DNA of 64,000 nucleotides, taken from contig OZ257156.1 in assembly GCA_965279375.1 (NCBI GenBank), positions 1,920,001-1,984,000 on the forward strand, written 5' to 3'. Positions 36,370 through 45,700 of the stretch are shown in pieces; position 1 is the first letter of the stretch, and every line of letters begins with the position of its first letter. The notes beneath the pieces are model-generated. The model had not been told where the DNA came from. It ran no database searches and worked only from the letters and a program-made list of their open reading frames with translations. The position numbers and the translations under genes were made by a program. This DNA comes from Gemmatimonas sp. Lineage in GTDB: Bacteria; Gemmatimonadota; Gemmatimonadetes; Gemmatimonadales; Gemmatimonadaceae.

Positions 36370-37917
36370 ATGCGCCGCTCGGCTCCTCTGCTCCTATTGC
36401 TCGTTGGCTCACCGCTGGTGACGACGCTGTCCGCGCAGGCCAGTGGCAGCAAGACCGGTGGCGGCAAGCCGGTCGGGCTCTCGCTCATTCGCGAGGCGGA
36501 GATCAAGCGCGATCTCTACGCGATGGCTGGCGACGACATGCGCGGGCGCGAGGCGGGCACCATCGATGAAATGCGCGCGTCGATGTGGGTGGCCGAAGAG
36601 ATGCGGAAGAGTGGTGTGAAGCCCAAGGGGGAAGACGGGAGCTGGTTCCAGTGGTGGAACATGCGGCGAACTCGCATCTCGTCGATTTCGAGCAGCGTGA
36701 AGCTGGGCTCGCGCACGATGTCGTTGTGGACGGAGATCACGCCCACGTCGAACGCCGCGGTGGACGTGTCCGCGCAGACCGTGTTCGTGGGCGATGGCCG
36801 CGACACCACGATCGACGTGCGTGGCAAAATCGCCGTTGCCACGTTGCTGCCGCCTACGACCGCGCTACGCTCGACGACCAACACCTACGAGTATCGCTAC
36901 ACGCGGCAGGCCGTCACCACGCAGGGGGCGCAGCTCTCACGTCGCGGCGCGGCGGGTGTGATTCTCGTGGCCGATTCCATCGGCGACATCGCGTACGAAG
37001 GGATGTGGAAGCTGCAGTCGCGCGGCACATACGACGTGGTGGGTGGCGTACCGCGCTTCTCCCAGAATCCGGGCGGTGGACGCGGGGCAGGCGCGGGGGG
37101 CGGCGCTGCGCCGACGCCGGTGCCGGTGCTGTTCGTCAAGCGCTCCGCGCTGAACGAGCTGCGTACAAACGGCCAGACGGTCGACATCAAGCTGCGCTCG
37201 GAGAGTTTCGAAACCCCGTCGGTGAACATCATCGGCGTCGTGCAGGGAACCGATCCCAAGCTGCGCGACGAGTACGTGGTCTTCAGCTCGCACCAGGACC
37301 ACGACGGCGTGCGCTTTGACGTTGCGGGCGATTCGATCTGGAACGGCGCCGACGACAATGCCACGACGAGCGTCGCGCTGCTCGCGATCGCGCGCTCATG
37401 GGTGAAGCATCCGAGCAAGCGTTCGGCGCTGTTCATCTTTCACGGTGCAGAGGAACGAGGTCTGCTCGGATCGCGCTATCACGTCGCGCATCCGGTGGTG
37501 CCGCTCAAGCAGATGGTGGCGGTACTCAACGGCGACATGCTTGGCCGCAATCACCCCGATACGGCCGCGCTGATGGGATCGCAGCCGCCACATCGCAATT
37601 CCACGGCGCTCGTGCAGATGGCGCTGGATGCCAACCGCATGGTCAGCAAGTTCGTCGTCGACTCGTCGTGGGACCGCCCGACGCATCCGGAAGGCTGGTA
37701 TTTCCGCAGCGATCACGTGCCGTACGCCGAACGCAGCGTGCCGTCATTGTTCTTCTCGAGCAACCTGCACCCCGACTATCACACGCCGCGCGACGAGCCC
37801 AAGACGATCGACTATCCGAAGCTCACTCGTATCACGCAGTGGATGTACATGACCGGCTGGATGGCGGGGAACACCGCGACACGGCCGGCAATCGATCCCG
37901 GGTTCGTGCTGCGCTAG
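36370..37917 (+). CDS. Exported M28 family metallopeptidase with a PA insert
   Basis: Signal peptide, SSHQDHDG, NGADDNAT, GAEERGLLGS, RSDH and HPDYHTPRD. Confidence 0.92.
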   Translation: MRRSAPLLLLLVGSPLVTTLSAQASGSKTGGGKPVGLSLIREAEIKRDLYAMAGDDMRGREAGTIDEMRASMWVAEEMRKSGVKPKGEDGSWFQWWNMRRTRISSISSSVKLGSRTMSLWTEITPTSNAAVDVSAQTVFVGDGRDTTIDVRGKIAVATLLPPTTALRSTTNTYEYRYTRQAVTTQGAQLSRRGAAGVILVADSIGDIAYEGMWKLQSRGTYDVVGGVPRFSQNPGGGRGAGAGGGAAPTPVPVLFVKRSALNELRTNGQTVDIKLRSESFETPSVNIIGVVQGTDPKLRDEYVVFSSHQDHDGVRFDVAGDSIWNGADDNATTSVALLAIARSWVKHPSKRSALFIFHGAEERGLLGSRYHVAHPVVPLKQMVAVLNGDMLGRNHPDTAALMGSQPPHRNSTALVQMALDANRMVSKFVVDSSWDRPTHPEGWYFRSDHVPYAERSVPSLFFSSNLHPDYHTPRDEPKTIDYPKLTRITQWMYMTGWMAGNTATRPAIDPGFVLR

Positions 37918-37938
37918 CAACCCGACCGTGCCAAGACA

Positions 37939-37972
37939 AACGCCGCCCACTCGTACTCGAGTTGGCGGCGTT
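37939..37972. terminator. Probable bidirectional terminator hairpin between convergent genes
   Basis: AACGCCGCC-C-ACTCG-TACT-CGAGT-T-GGCGGCGTT. Confidence 0.7.
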
Positions 37973-38010
37973 CGTGTATTCGCACCTCGATACTACCGAT
38001 GCGGCTACGG

Positions 38011-38370
38011 TTACGGCTTGATGCTCAGGTTGTTGACGATCGTGTAGCCTGCCGCCTTGGACGTGGCGACCTCGCCCGCGAGAGTCTTCTGGGCCTCCGT
38101 CTTCACGGTGCCGTTCAGTGTGACCGTCTTGGCCGCCTCGTCCGTATCGACGTTGATCTCACCCGCATCGACCCGCGTGTCCGCCATGAGAGCGGTCTTG
38201 ACCTCGCCAGTCTTGGCCGCGCCGCCCATCGCCGTGCCGGCGTCGGACGCAACCTCAGCGGACTTGTCGGCTGCATTGTCCGCATCCTTCTTGACACCGT
38301 CTGCCGTGTTGCCGCACGCGCCTGCGAACGCGACGAGCGCGACGGTCGAAAGAATCCTGAGTGACTTCAT
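38011..38370 (-). CDS. BON-domain lipoprotein (OsmY-like)
   Basis: FAGA-C lipobox and VKTALMAD...INVDT...VTLNGTV...IVNNL. Confidence 0.88.
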   Translation of the reverse strand: MKSLRILSTVALVAFAGACGNTADGVKKDADNAADKSAEVASDAGTAMGGAAKTGEVKTALMADTRVDAGEINVDTDEAAKTVTLNGTVKTEAQKTLAGEVATSKAAGYTIVNNLSIKP

Positions 38371-38520
38371 TGTTGAGCTCCGGGAATGGGATTGGAGTTG
38401 TCGTACACATGACATCCTCCCACTGTGCAAGTCCCGTTCTCAGCGCCCCGTACCGTTGACGCACGTCACAGTGCGCATCGTCACCACCGGTGGCGATGCG
38501 CAGGAGCAGCCTCAGCGCTG

Positions 38521-39948
38521 CTACCGCTGGCGACTCCCCGTCCAGATGACAACGCTGCCGCAGCCAGACAGGGAGAAGAACTCGGGGGGCGTCGTCATCG
38601 CCGTGTAGACCTCGATGCCGCGTATGATCGACGGATCAATGAACGTGTCGAGATCGCTGTCCTGCATCCGCATTCGATCGATGAAGACAGTTGGTGCGCA
38701 GGCACCGCTCGTACCGCCGCGCATCAACACCCGTGTGCCGCTACCACTCGGCACGACCCGTACGCCGGCCATCGTACGCAGCAGATCTGTGGTGCGAAAA
38801 GCCTGACGCTTGGCGATGGTCTCTTCGTCAATGAAGCGACCGAGACCTTGCCTGCGACGCTCTTCGAACCCTGCCATGTCACGTCCGTAGACCTTTCGAA
38901 TCGCGCGCACCCTCACCGTGTCCAGCGATGCCAGCGATTCGAGCTGCGATGACACGAGCGTTGGTTCCGCATCCAGCAGATCAATGATGCGTCGCTCGGC
39001 CTGATACCCAATGGCGCGTGTTTCGAGGGTGTGAGAGCCGGTAGGCAGCTCACGCAGAGTGAAGCTCCCGTCTGCGCTCGTGGTTGCGTCCAGGCCGGTG
39101 CCCCACACCGACACGCGCGCATTCGCCAGCGGTAGTCCGCCCTTGCCGCGCACGACGCCTTGAACGCGACCCGCACCGCGCATCAGTGTAACGGTCGTCG
39201 TGTCGGCGACGCTGTCTGCATCGACGCTTCGCACCGTGGAGGACACCGCGCGCGCCGCCCCCACCAGCAAGTCGAGACGCCCGATCCCAAACACGGGGAC
39301 CATGGTCTCGAGAACGCCGGATGAGTCAGTCGCGTTCGAAGCGCGTACACGCAAAACGCCGCCGGGGGGCACTCCGCAGGCGAAGTACATCCCCTCCGCC
39401 CTGGTCTTTGCCTCGACCGTGCGGAGCGTGCGCGTCAGCTGCCCGCGCGACAGCTCGAGATCGAGCCAGTCGACGCGAACCGTTCCGCTGGCGCCGAGCG
39501 CTGGGCTTCGCACATCGCGCAGCATGCCGAAGAGCAATCCGGCGGAGTCGTTCGCGACGTTGACACCGCACATGTACCGCATGGTGCTGCTGAGCGACGG
39601 AGTGGCGAGGACGGTGCGTGTGGTCCCTTTCGCCTGCACGTTGATGCGAAGGGTCAGGCGCTCGATGGCCAGCGAGTCCAGGTGCTGGTCTGTCGCGCCA
39701 ATCAACCAGAAGCCCGGCAGCAGACTGTCGACCCGGAATCGGCCGCGATCGTCCGTTTGCGTCTGTCGACTGATCGACGGGTCTGACTCGAACGCGAGTT
39801 GAATCGCCGCCTTCGCCATGGGTCGCGCGCGCACGCTGTCGTACGCAACACCGGCGATCTTGCCGCTGGCAGGCGCGCTTTGCCCACGAGCCACAGCGCA
39901 GGGGAGGAGACACGCCAGCGACAGTCCGAACATTGTAAGCACACGCAT
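38521..39948 (-). CDS. Exported protein with three carboxypeptidase-regulatory-like domains and a TonB-receptor plug domain, no barrel
   Basis: Signal peptide, repeated G.V.D/G...P...A...T..DG.F domains, LDTVRVRA, DLLRTMAGVRV, VFID and IRGIEVY...CGSVVIWT, then a stop. Confidence 0.8.
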   Translation of the reverse strand: MRVLTMFGLSLACLLPCAVARGQSAPASGKIAGVAYDSVRARPMAKAAIQLAFESDPSISRQTQTDDRGRFRVDSLLPGFWLIGATDQHLDSLAIERLTLRINVQAKGTTRTVLATPSLSSTMRYMCGVNVANDSAGLLFGMLRDVRSPALGASGTVRVDWLDLELSRGQLTRTLRTVEAKTRAEGMYFACGVPPGGVLRVRASNATDSSGVLETMVPVFGIGRLDLLVGAARAVSSTVRSVDADSVADTTTVTLMRGAGRVQGVVRGKGGLPLANARVSVWGTGLDATTSADGSFTLRELPTGSHTLETRAIGYQAERRIIDLLDAEPTLVSSQLESLASLDTVRVRAIRKVYGRDMAGFEERRRQGLGRFIDEETIAKRQAFRTTDLLRTMAGVRVVPSGSGTRVLMRGGTSGACAPTVFIDRMRMQDSDLDTFIDPSIIRGIEVYTAMTTPPEFFSLSGCGSVVIWTGSRQR

Positions 39949-40067
39949 GGCCCTAACCTACGAACGCCGAGGCGTTCGCGAAACCCATACGGACGGCGGA
40001 CGTCAGCCGCGGGCAGGGATTGAAGCCCTGGGACCCGTGGCGCCCCGCGTTGCTCATGCCCCGCCGA

Positions 40068-40376
40068 CTAGCGGTCCAGTCCGCTCTGTGGCGGGGCGCC
40101 GACCTGCTTGAGCACCTCGTCGGGAATGCCGAGCAACTCGATCACTCGCGTCTGGTCAGCGAGTCCGCAGGCCTCACGCTGAACGAAGTATTCCCACACC
40201 AGCTGTGCACACGCGTGCACCGTGCGAGGGTCACTCCGTTGAGAGGTCGCCTGCTCGCCGCGAAGCTGCGCCAGTGCGTACTCGAGGTCCCGTCCGATAC
40301 GACCGAGGCATGCGGCCGTCTCGCTGGCGAGTTGCGTCTCGAGTGCGGAGGGTTTGCCGGCGAACACCTTAGCCAT
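40068..40376 (-). CDS. Small helical hypothetical protein (DUF6665-like)
   Basis: LASETAACLGRIGRDLE.AL...VWEYFVQREACGL...GIPDEVL. The start overlaps the upstream stop. Confidence 0.7.
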   Translation of the reverse strand: MAKVFAGKPSALETQLASETAACLGRIGRDLEYALAQLRGEQATSQRSDPRTVHACAQLVWEYFVQREACGLADQTRVIELLGIPDEVLKQVGAPPQSGLDR

Positions 40377-40791
40377 GCGCGCGTTCGTGCTCCAGGCGCG
40401 CATGAATGTCGTGATACGCGGCACCGAGCAGCGCTTCGAGTGCAGTGCGATCGATCGGGTGACCCACGCGAAGCTTCACGTGCCGCATATACCGACCGGC
40501 ACCTTGGAGTATGTCGGCGGGGTCGGCGAGCGATGCGCCGTGAAAAAAGCCGACGGCCGCGTGCGCACTGAAGATGTTCACGTAAGCAAACGGTGCGTCT
40601 TCCACGCAGGCGACGGGGCATCCGTCGTGAATGCACTCCCGCACGTCCGCTCCCAGCGCACGCATCTGGTCAAACCATGAGCGCACTATCGCCACAAACT
40701 CGGCGGGGCGTGCCTCGAACCAGGCGTTCACCGCCGGGTCGCGCTCGAGCGCGCCATCGAATCGCAGCAGTTTGTACACGACGTCAGGCAC
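40369..40791 (-). CDS. DUF1801-domain protein
   Basis: FAYVNIFSAHAAVGFFHGASLADPADILQGAGRYMRHVKL. Confidence 0.85.
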   Translation of the reverse strand: MPDVVYKLLRFDGALERDPAVNAWFEARPAEFVAIVRSWFDQMRALGADVRECIHDGCPVACVEDAPFAYVNIFSAHAAVGFFHGASLADPADILQGAGRYMRHVKLRVGHPIDRTALEALLGAAYHDIHARLEHERAHG

Positions 40792-40824
40792 GGGCGACCT
40801 CGGGTTGCGCAGTAGAGTGTGCGG

Positions 40825-41643
40825 TTACTGGTCTCGCGTCCAGATCGCGATCAGCCCGCACCAGTTGTCGGTGCGCAGGCCACCGAACTGCGGCGGCAGC
40901 CGTGCGGGGCCGTTGTAGATCTCCACGCCGTACACGTTGGACGGCACCATCTGGTCGATGTTGCTGAGCGCGGGCATGACCACGCCGTCGATGGTGATGC
41001 GCATGACGCAGGGCACGAGACCGAACCCGATGCCGCCGCGGTTGCGCTCGGCCTTTGCGCCGCGCATGGAGACGGCGACGATGCTCCCCGACGAGTCGGC
41101 GATGCGGATGCCACTCACGCCGCGCAGCATCTGCGAGAGGGCGATCGGGTTGCGCTTGGCGATCGCGTCCATCGTGATCGTGGAGGACGGGTCGCCGCGC
41201 AAGCGCCGCATCTCGAAATCGTCCAGACGCGCGGAGAGCGTGCGATTGGCGACGACGCGCACCGCGTCGAGCGAGGCGGACGCGCGGTCGAGATGCACGA
41301 CATGCGCGTTCTCACCGACCCCCACGCGGAGGTCCACGTCTGCCGGACCGAAACCGACGCGGCGCACGGTCGCGCGCCAGATCCCTTCGGACGGAAGTTC
41401 GACGCGTGCGAGGCCAACTGAGTCGGTGCGAGCACGGATCGTTGCGCGCTCGCGTCGCAGCTGTACGTCTGCGTTGGGGACGGGAGCTCCCTGCTCGGCG
41501 ACGACGGTCAGGCGCAGCGTGGCCCGGGTGGAATCGGCGTTGCTGGTCGACTGCGCCGCGAGCGGAATGGCGCACGCCGCGGCACTGCAGATCACGGCGA
41601 TCAGCCGGATGCCGACAAGCCGGGCGGCGACGACGCGTAGCAT
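40825..41643 (-). CDS. Exported protein with a carboxypeptidase-regulatory-like domain and a TonB-receptor plug domain, no barrel
   Basis: Signal peptide, GAPVPNADV...RTDSVG...VRRVGF, LDAVRVVA, QMLRGVSGIRI, IDG and GVEIYNGP...CGLIAIWTR, then a stop. Confidence 0.8.
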   Translation of the reverse strand: MLRVVAARLVGIRLIAVICSAAACAIPLAAQSTSNADSTRATLRLTVVAEQGAPVPNADVQLRRERATIRARTDSVGLARVELPSEGIWRATVRRVGFGPADVDLRVGVGENAHVVHLDRASASLDAVRVVANRTLSARLDDFEMRRLRGDPSSTITMDAIAKRNPIALSQMLRGVSGIRIADSSGSIVAVSMRGAKAERNRGGIGFGLVPCVMRITIDGVVMPALSNIDQMVPSNVYGVEIYNGPARLPPQFGGLRTDNWCGLIAIWTRDQ

Positions 41644-41776
41644 GCACGATATTGCGATCCGTTGCTTTGTGCGGCAAGCGTCCTGCGGCAGACCTCGTAC
41701 GGCTCGACGACTCAGGGACAGATTGACGATCCCTGGATGCATTCGTGCTGCTCCGTTTCCACCACTCGCTCTCGTG

Positions 41777-42334
41777 ATGACCGTACCGACCAGCGTTCGC
41801 CTTGCTACGCCAGCCGACGAGCCGCTTCTGCGCGTGTTGATTCCGCGATCTGCCCGCGCGCTGAGCGCGGGTTTCTATTCGGAGACGGAAGCGGAGGCGG
41901 CGATCACGTACGTGTTTGGCGTGGACTCGATGCTGATCGCCGACGGCACGTATTTCGTCGCGGCTGGCGGCGAGGAGATTCGCGGGTGTGGTGGCTGGAG
42001 CAAGCGTCGCACGCTCTACGGCGGCAATCAGCACAAGGACGCTGTCGATCCGCTGCTCGACCCTGCGGTGGATGCCGCACGTATCCGGGCATTCTTCGTG
42101 GCGCCGGAGTGCGCGCGGCAGGGCATCGGTGCGCTTTTGATGCAGGCGTGCGCCACGGCGGCGTTCGACGCGGGCTATCGCCGGCTCGAGCTGATGGCGA
42201 CGTTGCCGGGCGTCCCGCTCTACAGTGCGTTCGGCTTTGCGCCGTTGGTGGAGGTGGTGGAAACTGCCCCCAACGGCGTGCGCATTCCGTTCGTGCGCAT
42301 GGGTCGCGCGCTCACGCAGCCGATGCTGCGTTAG
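41777..42334 (+). CDS. GNAT family N-acetyltransferase
   Basis: GCGGWSKRRTLYGG, ARIRAFFVAPECARQGIG and LMATLPGVPLY. Confidence 0.9.
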   Translation: MTVPTSVRLATPADEPLLRVLIPRSARALSAGFYSETEAEAAITYVFGVDSMLIADGTYFVAAGGEEIRGCGGWSKRRTLYGGNQHKDAVDPLLDPAVDAARIRAFFVAPECARQGIGALLMQACATAAFDAGYRRLELMATLPGVPLYSAFGFAPLVEVVETAPNGVRIPFVRMGRALTQPMLR

Positions 42335-42349
42335 GCGTCTGGCGCGGAA

Positions 42350-43846
42350 CTACGGCTGGACGGCGCGCCGACGCTTCATCAGCGCCTCGATCTCGGCGAT
42401 TTCGCGCGGTGCCGTGCTGATACGTTCGAGTCCCTTCTCGGTGATGATGTAGTCATCCTCGATGCGCACGCCGATGTTCTGATACTTGAGCACCGTGGCT
42501 CGCACCTTGGCGATGAACTGGCGGTTCCTGGGCGTGTCGGGGAGCACGTCGAGCGCGCGCGTGCCGATGTAGATGCCGGGCTCGATGGTGAAGGCGTCGC
42601 CAACTTTGTACGTCCCGTCGCCGAAAGACGCCTGCACGGGATCGTGCACGGCGAGACCGATGCCGTGCGAGATGCCGTGAATCATCCACAAGTTGGACTG
42701 GCGACACTGCGCCACCTGCTTGGCGCAATCCACTGGCCATGGCGGATCGAAGGAGGCATCGACGCTTTCAATGAGGCCGAGTGCGGCGAGTCCCTTGGCG
42801 CGCACGATGACTGACGAATCCGCAGCCACGGATGCACGCATTCCCGCTTTCGAGTTGCGTTCGGCGACATCCTGCGCGTCACGCACCAGCTGATAGAGCT
42901 GGCGCTGCTCGGTGGTGAAGGTGCCGCTGACCGGGATGGTGCGCGTCACGTCGGCGGCGTAGCCATGGAATTCACCGGCCGCGTCCATCACCACCATGTC
43001 GCCCGGCTTCACGGGGTCAGTGTCCTTCATGTAGTGCAGCTGCGTGCCGTTGATGCCCGCGCCCACGATCGAGCCGTAGGCGACACGTTCCGCACCCATG
43101 CGCGTGAACGTGTACTCGAGCGCGGCGCGCAGTTCGTACTCGCGCGACGGGTTGGGGGTCAGCATCGCAGCGCGATGCCCTTCGGAGCTGATCTGCGCCG
43201 CTTCGCGAATGAGTGCCAGTTCGGCGTCGCTCTTCTTCGCGCGGAGCTGCAGCACCATCTGCATGCCATTCTTGATGGCCAACGACGGATACTTGCGGCC
43301 CAGGGTCTTGATCGCTTCCTGTCCGCGCGTGAGGGTATCGTTGCGCGCGAAGTCCATCGTCTCCACGTCAGGGAGGTGATAGAACGGCAGCCCCGTTTGC
43401 GCGAGCGAATCGAGCGTGGCGGCGAGTGCGCTGTAGGGCCGTCCCGTCATGCCGTACTTCTGCAACGCCGTCGCCGTGTCGGCGCGAGTGCCATAGTAGA
43501 ACGCGGTGCGCGCATCGAGCGGCGTGATGAACAGGGAGCTCGTCGCCTTCTTGTCGCGCACCACCATCACGAACGCAGCGTCCGGCTCGTCGTAGTTGGT
43601 GAGATACAGAAACGCCGGCAGTTGAAAGAATGTCCCGAAGTCGTGCACCAATGCCCGACCGCCAAATGCCACCACCACACCATTCTCCACCTTGGCCGCC
43701 ATCGCCGATTGGCGCGCGGCAACTTCGGCGGCACCGATCGGCGGCGCACCCTGAGCGCCCGCCCCGACGGGCAGAAGCCACGCAAGCGCGACGAGGGCCA
43801 GGAAGCGCGCTCGGCGTGAGGGGATCGGGGAGCGGACAGGCGTCAT
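42350..43846 (-). CDS. Exported Xaa-Pro aminopeptidase (M24B)
   Basis: Signal peptide, MDAAGEFHGYAADVTRT, HGISHGIGLAVHD, TIEPGIY and GVRIEDD. Confidence 0.92.
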   Translation of the reverse strand: MTPVRSPIPSRRARFLALVALAWLLPVGAGAQGAPPIGAAEVAARQSAMAAKVENGVVVAFGGRALVHDFGTFFQLPAFLYLTNYDEPDAAFVMVVRDKKATSSLFITPLDARTAFYYGTRADTATALQKYGMTGRPYSALAATLDSLAQTGLPFYHLPDVETMDFARNDTLTRGQEAIKTLGRKYPSLAIKNGMQMVLQLRAKKSDAELALIREAAQISSEGHRAAMLTPNPSREYELRAALEYTFTRMGAERVAYGSIVGAGINGTQLHYMKDTDPVKPGDMVVMDAAGEFHGYAADVTRTIPVSGTFTTEQRQLYQLVRDAQDVAERNSKAGMRASVAADSSVIVRAKGLAALGLIESVDASFDPPWPVDCAKQVAQCRQSNLWMIHGISHGIGLAVHDPVQASFGDGTYKVGDAFTIEPGIYIGTRALDVLPDTPRNRQFIAKVRATVLKYQNIGVRIEDDYIITEKGLERISTAPREIAEIEALMKRRRAVQP

Positions 43847-43910
43847 GCGAGTTCGGATGGAAGGTCGAGACGTGGTAACAACCTGAGTTGGGTCCAATAT
43901 CGCGCTTGCG

Positions 43911-43935
43911 GAACTCGCCGGGAGGGGGTGACGTA
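43911..43935 (+). promoter_or_regulatory. Candidate ECF-sigma promoter
   Basis: GAACT-N16-CGTA, 43 nt before ATG 43979. Confidence 0.5.
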
Positions 43936-43978
43936 GAGGGTGTCGCTTTCTTCCCCTTCCTCCCTGCTGGAGCATTCA

Positions 43979-44329
43979 ATGGACACCAAGGACATCGCAA
44001 CGAAGCTCGTCGAGCTGCGCAACGCCGGCGAGAACACGCAGGCCATCAATACGCTGTATTCCGACGACATCGTGAGCATCGAGGTGAACGAGCCGATGCG
44101 CGAGGTGCACGGTATCGAGGCGGTACGTGGCAAGGCCGCGTGGTGGGTCGAGAATCACGAGGTGCACTCTCACGAGACGCGCGGCCCGTGGGTGAACGGC
44201 GACCATTTCATCGTCGAGCATACCTATGACATCACCTTCAAGCCCACCGGCGTCCGCAACGTGATGAACGAGAAGGCGCTGCACACCGTCCGCGACGGCA
44301 AGATCGTGCAGGAGCAGTTCTTCTACTGA
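43979..44329 (+). CDS. SnoaL/NTF2-like protein
   Basis: IATKLVEL...LYSDDIVSIE...KAAWW...VRDGKIVQEQFFY. Confidence 0.85.
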   Translation: MDTKDIATKLVELRNAGENTQAINTLYSDDIVSIEVNEPMREVHGIEAVRGKAAWWVENHEVHSHETRGPWVNGDHFIVEHTYDITFKPTGVRNVMNEKALHTVRDGKIVQEQFFY

Positions 44330-44355
44330 GCGGTACCAGCCCCCATTATTTGGGG

Positions 44356-45696
44356 GTGAACACACCGTCCTCAGCCGTTTCTGCCAGTGAGCGCACGACC
44401 CCGGGGCTGATTCGCGCCGTCGGGGTCGTTGGCCTCGCCGCCAGCATTTTCAACTGCACCGTCGGTGGCGGAATCTTCCGTCTGCCGGCGGGCGCAGCGG
44501 CAGCGGCCGGTCCCGCTGCGCCATACGTCTACCTGATTTGCGGCGCCATGATGGCCTGCGTCGTGCTCTGCTTTGCCGAAGCGGGGAGCCGAGTGCCGTT
44601 GACGGGCGGACCGTATGCGTACGTGGAAGCGGTGTTCGGGCCGTACGTCGGGTTTCTGACGGGCGTGCTCCTGTGGCTGCTCGGGACAGCGGCCGTTGCC
44701 GGCGTCTCGTCTGCATTTGCCGATGGCGTCAGTGCGCTGGTGGGGATGCCCGCCGTGCGCGTGCCCACACTGGTGGCCACGTTCGTGCTGCTCGCCGCCG
44801 TGAATGTGCGCGGTGTGGAGCAGGGGACACGCGTGGTGGTGATCTCGAGCGTGGCCAAGCTGCTGCCGCTGCTGACGTTCGTGTTTGTGGGGGCGTTCTT
44901 CATCACGCCGTCCAACCTGCATGTGGAGCAGATGCCGGCGCCGTCCACGATGGCGCGTGCCGCGATCATTCTCACCTTCGCGTTCTTTGGCGTGGAGAGC
45001 GCGCTCGTCACCAGCGGCGAGGTGAAGGACCCGGTGCGCATCGTTCCGCGCGCGCTGGCCATCGCGATGACGGGTGTCACGTTGCTCTACCTGTCCGTAC
45101 ATCTCGTTGCGCAGGGCGTACTGGGCGCCGAGCTCGCCACGATGAAGACCGCACCGCTCGCCTTTGCCGCTGAACGATTTCTCGGCGCGCCAGGCCGTTT
45201 GCTGTTGTTGATCGGTGCGAGCATTTCGATGTTCGGCTACGTGAGCGGTATGACCCTCGCAGTGCCGCGCGCGCTCTGGAAGTTCGCGCAGGACGGACTG
45301 CTGCCGCCGATCATCGGCACGGTGCATCCGGTGTACCGCACGCCGCATGTGGCGATCATTCTGCAGACGGCGCTCGTTGGTGTGCTGGCCATCTTCAACT
45401 CGTTTGAACAGTTGGCCGTGATCGCCAATCTCGCGGCGCTGTTGCTGTATGCGAGCTGTGCAGCGGCCACGCTGGTGCTGCGGCAGCGCGGCGTTCGACA
45501 GGAAGGCGCCGTTCCCTTCTCGGTGCCGCTGGGTCCGGTCATCCCCGTGGTCACGATCGCACTCATCGGCTGGCTGCTGACGAGCATTACGGCGGGCGAA
45601 TGGTCGGTGCTCGTCATCACGATCGTCGCGGCGACCATCGTGTTCATTGTTGCGCGACGGACCCTCAAGCCGATGAGCGCTGTCGCGGGTACGTAG
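44356..45696 (+). CDS. APC-family amino acid permease
   Basis: VGGGIFRLP, FAEAGSR...GGPYAY, FAFFGVE and about 12 TM segments. Confidence 0.92.
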   Translation: MNTPSSAVSASERTTPGLIRAVGVVGLAASIFNCTVGGGIFRLPAGAAAAAGPAAPYVYLICGAMMACVVLCFAEAGSRVPLTGGPYAYVEAVFGPYVGFLTGVLLWLLGTAAVAGVSSAFADGVSALVGMPAVRVPTLVATFVLLAAVNVRGVEQGTRVVVISSVAKLLPLLTFVFVGAFFITPSNLHVEQMPAPSTMARAAIILTFAFFGVESALVTSGEVKDPVRIVPRALAIAMTGVTLLYLSVHLVAQGVLGAELATMKTAPLAFAAERFLGAPGRLLLLIGASISMFGYVSGMTLAVPRALWKFAQDGLLPPIIGTVHPVYRTPHVAIILQTALVGVLAIFNSFEQLAVIANLAALLLYASCAAATLVLRQRGVRQEGAVPFSVPLGPVIPVVTIALIGWLLTSITAGEWSVLVITIVAATIVFIVARRTLKPMSAVAGT

Positions 45697-45700
45697 GGGC

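Noticed and set aside
39980..40004. ECF-like GAAAC-N16-CGTC
   Set aside because: It points on the plus strand into genes encoded on the minus strand, so it has no plausible target.
40937..41776. Apparent 465-aa GNAT fusion
   Set aside because: The first 280 codons are antisense to the plug-domain gene. The GNAT domain starts at 41777.
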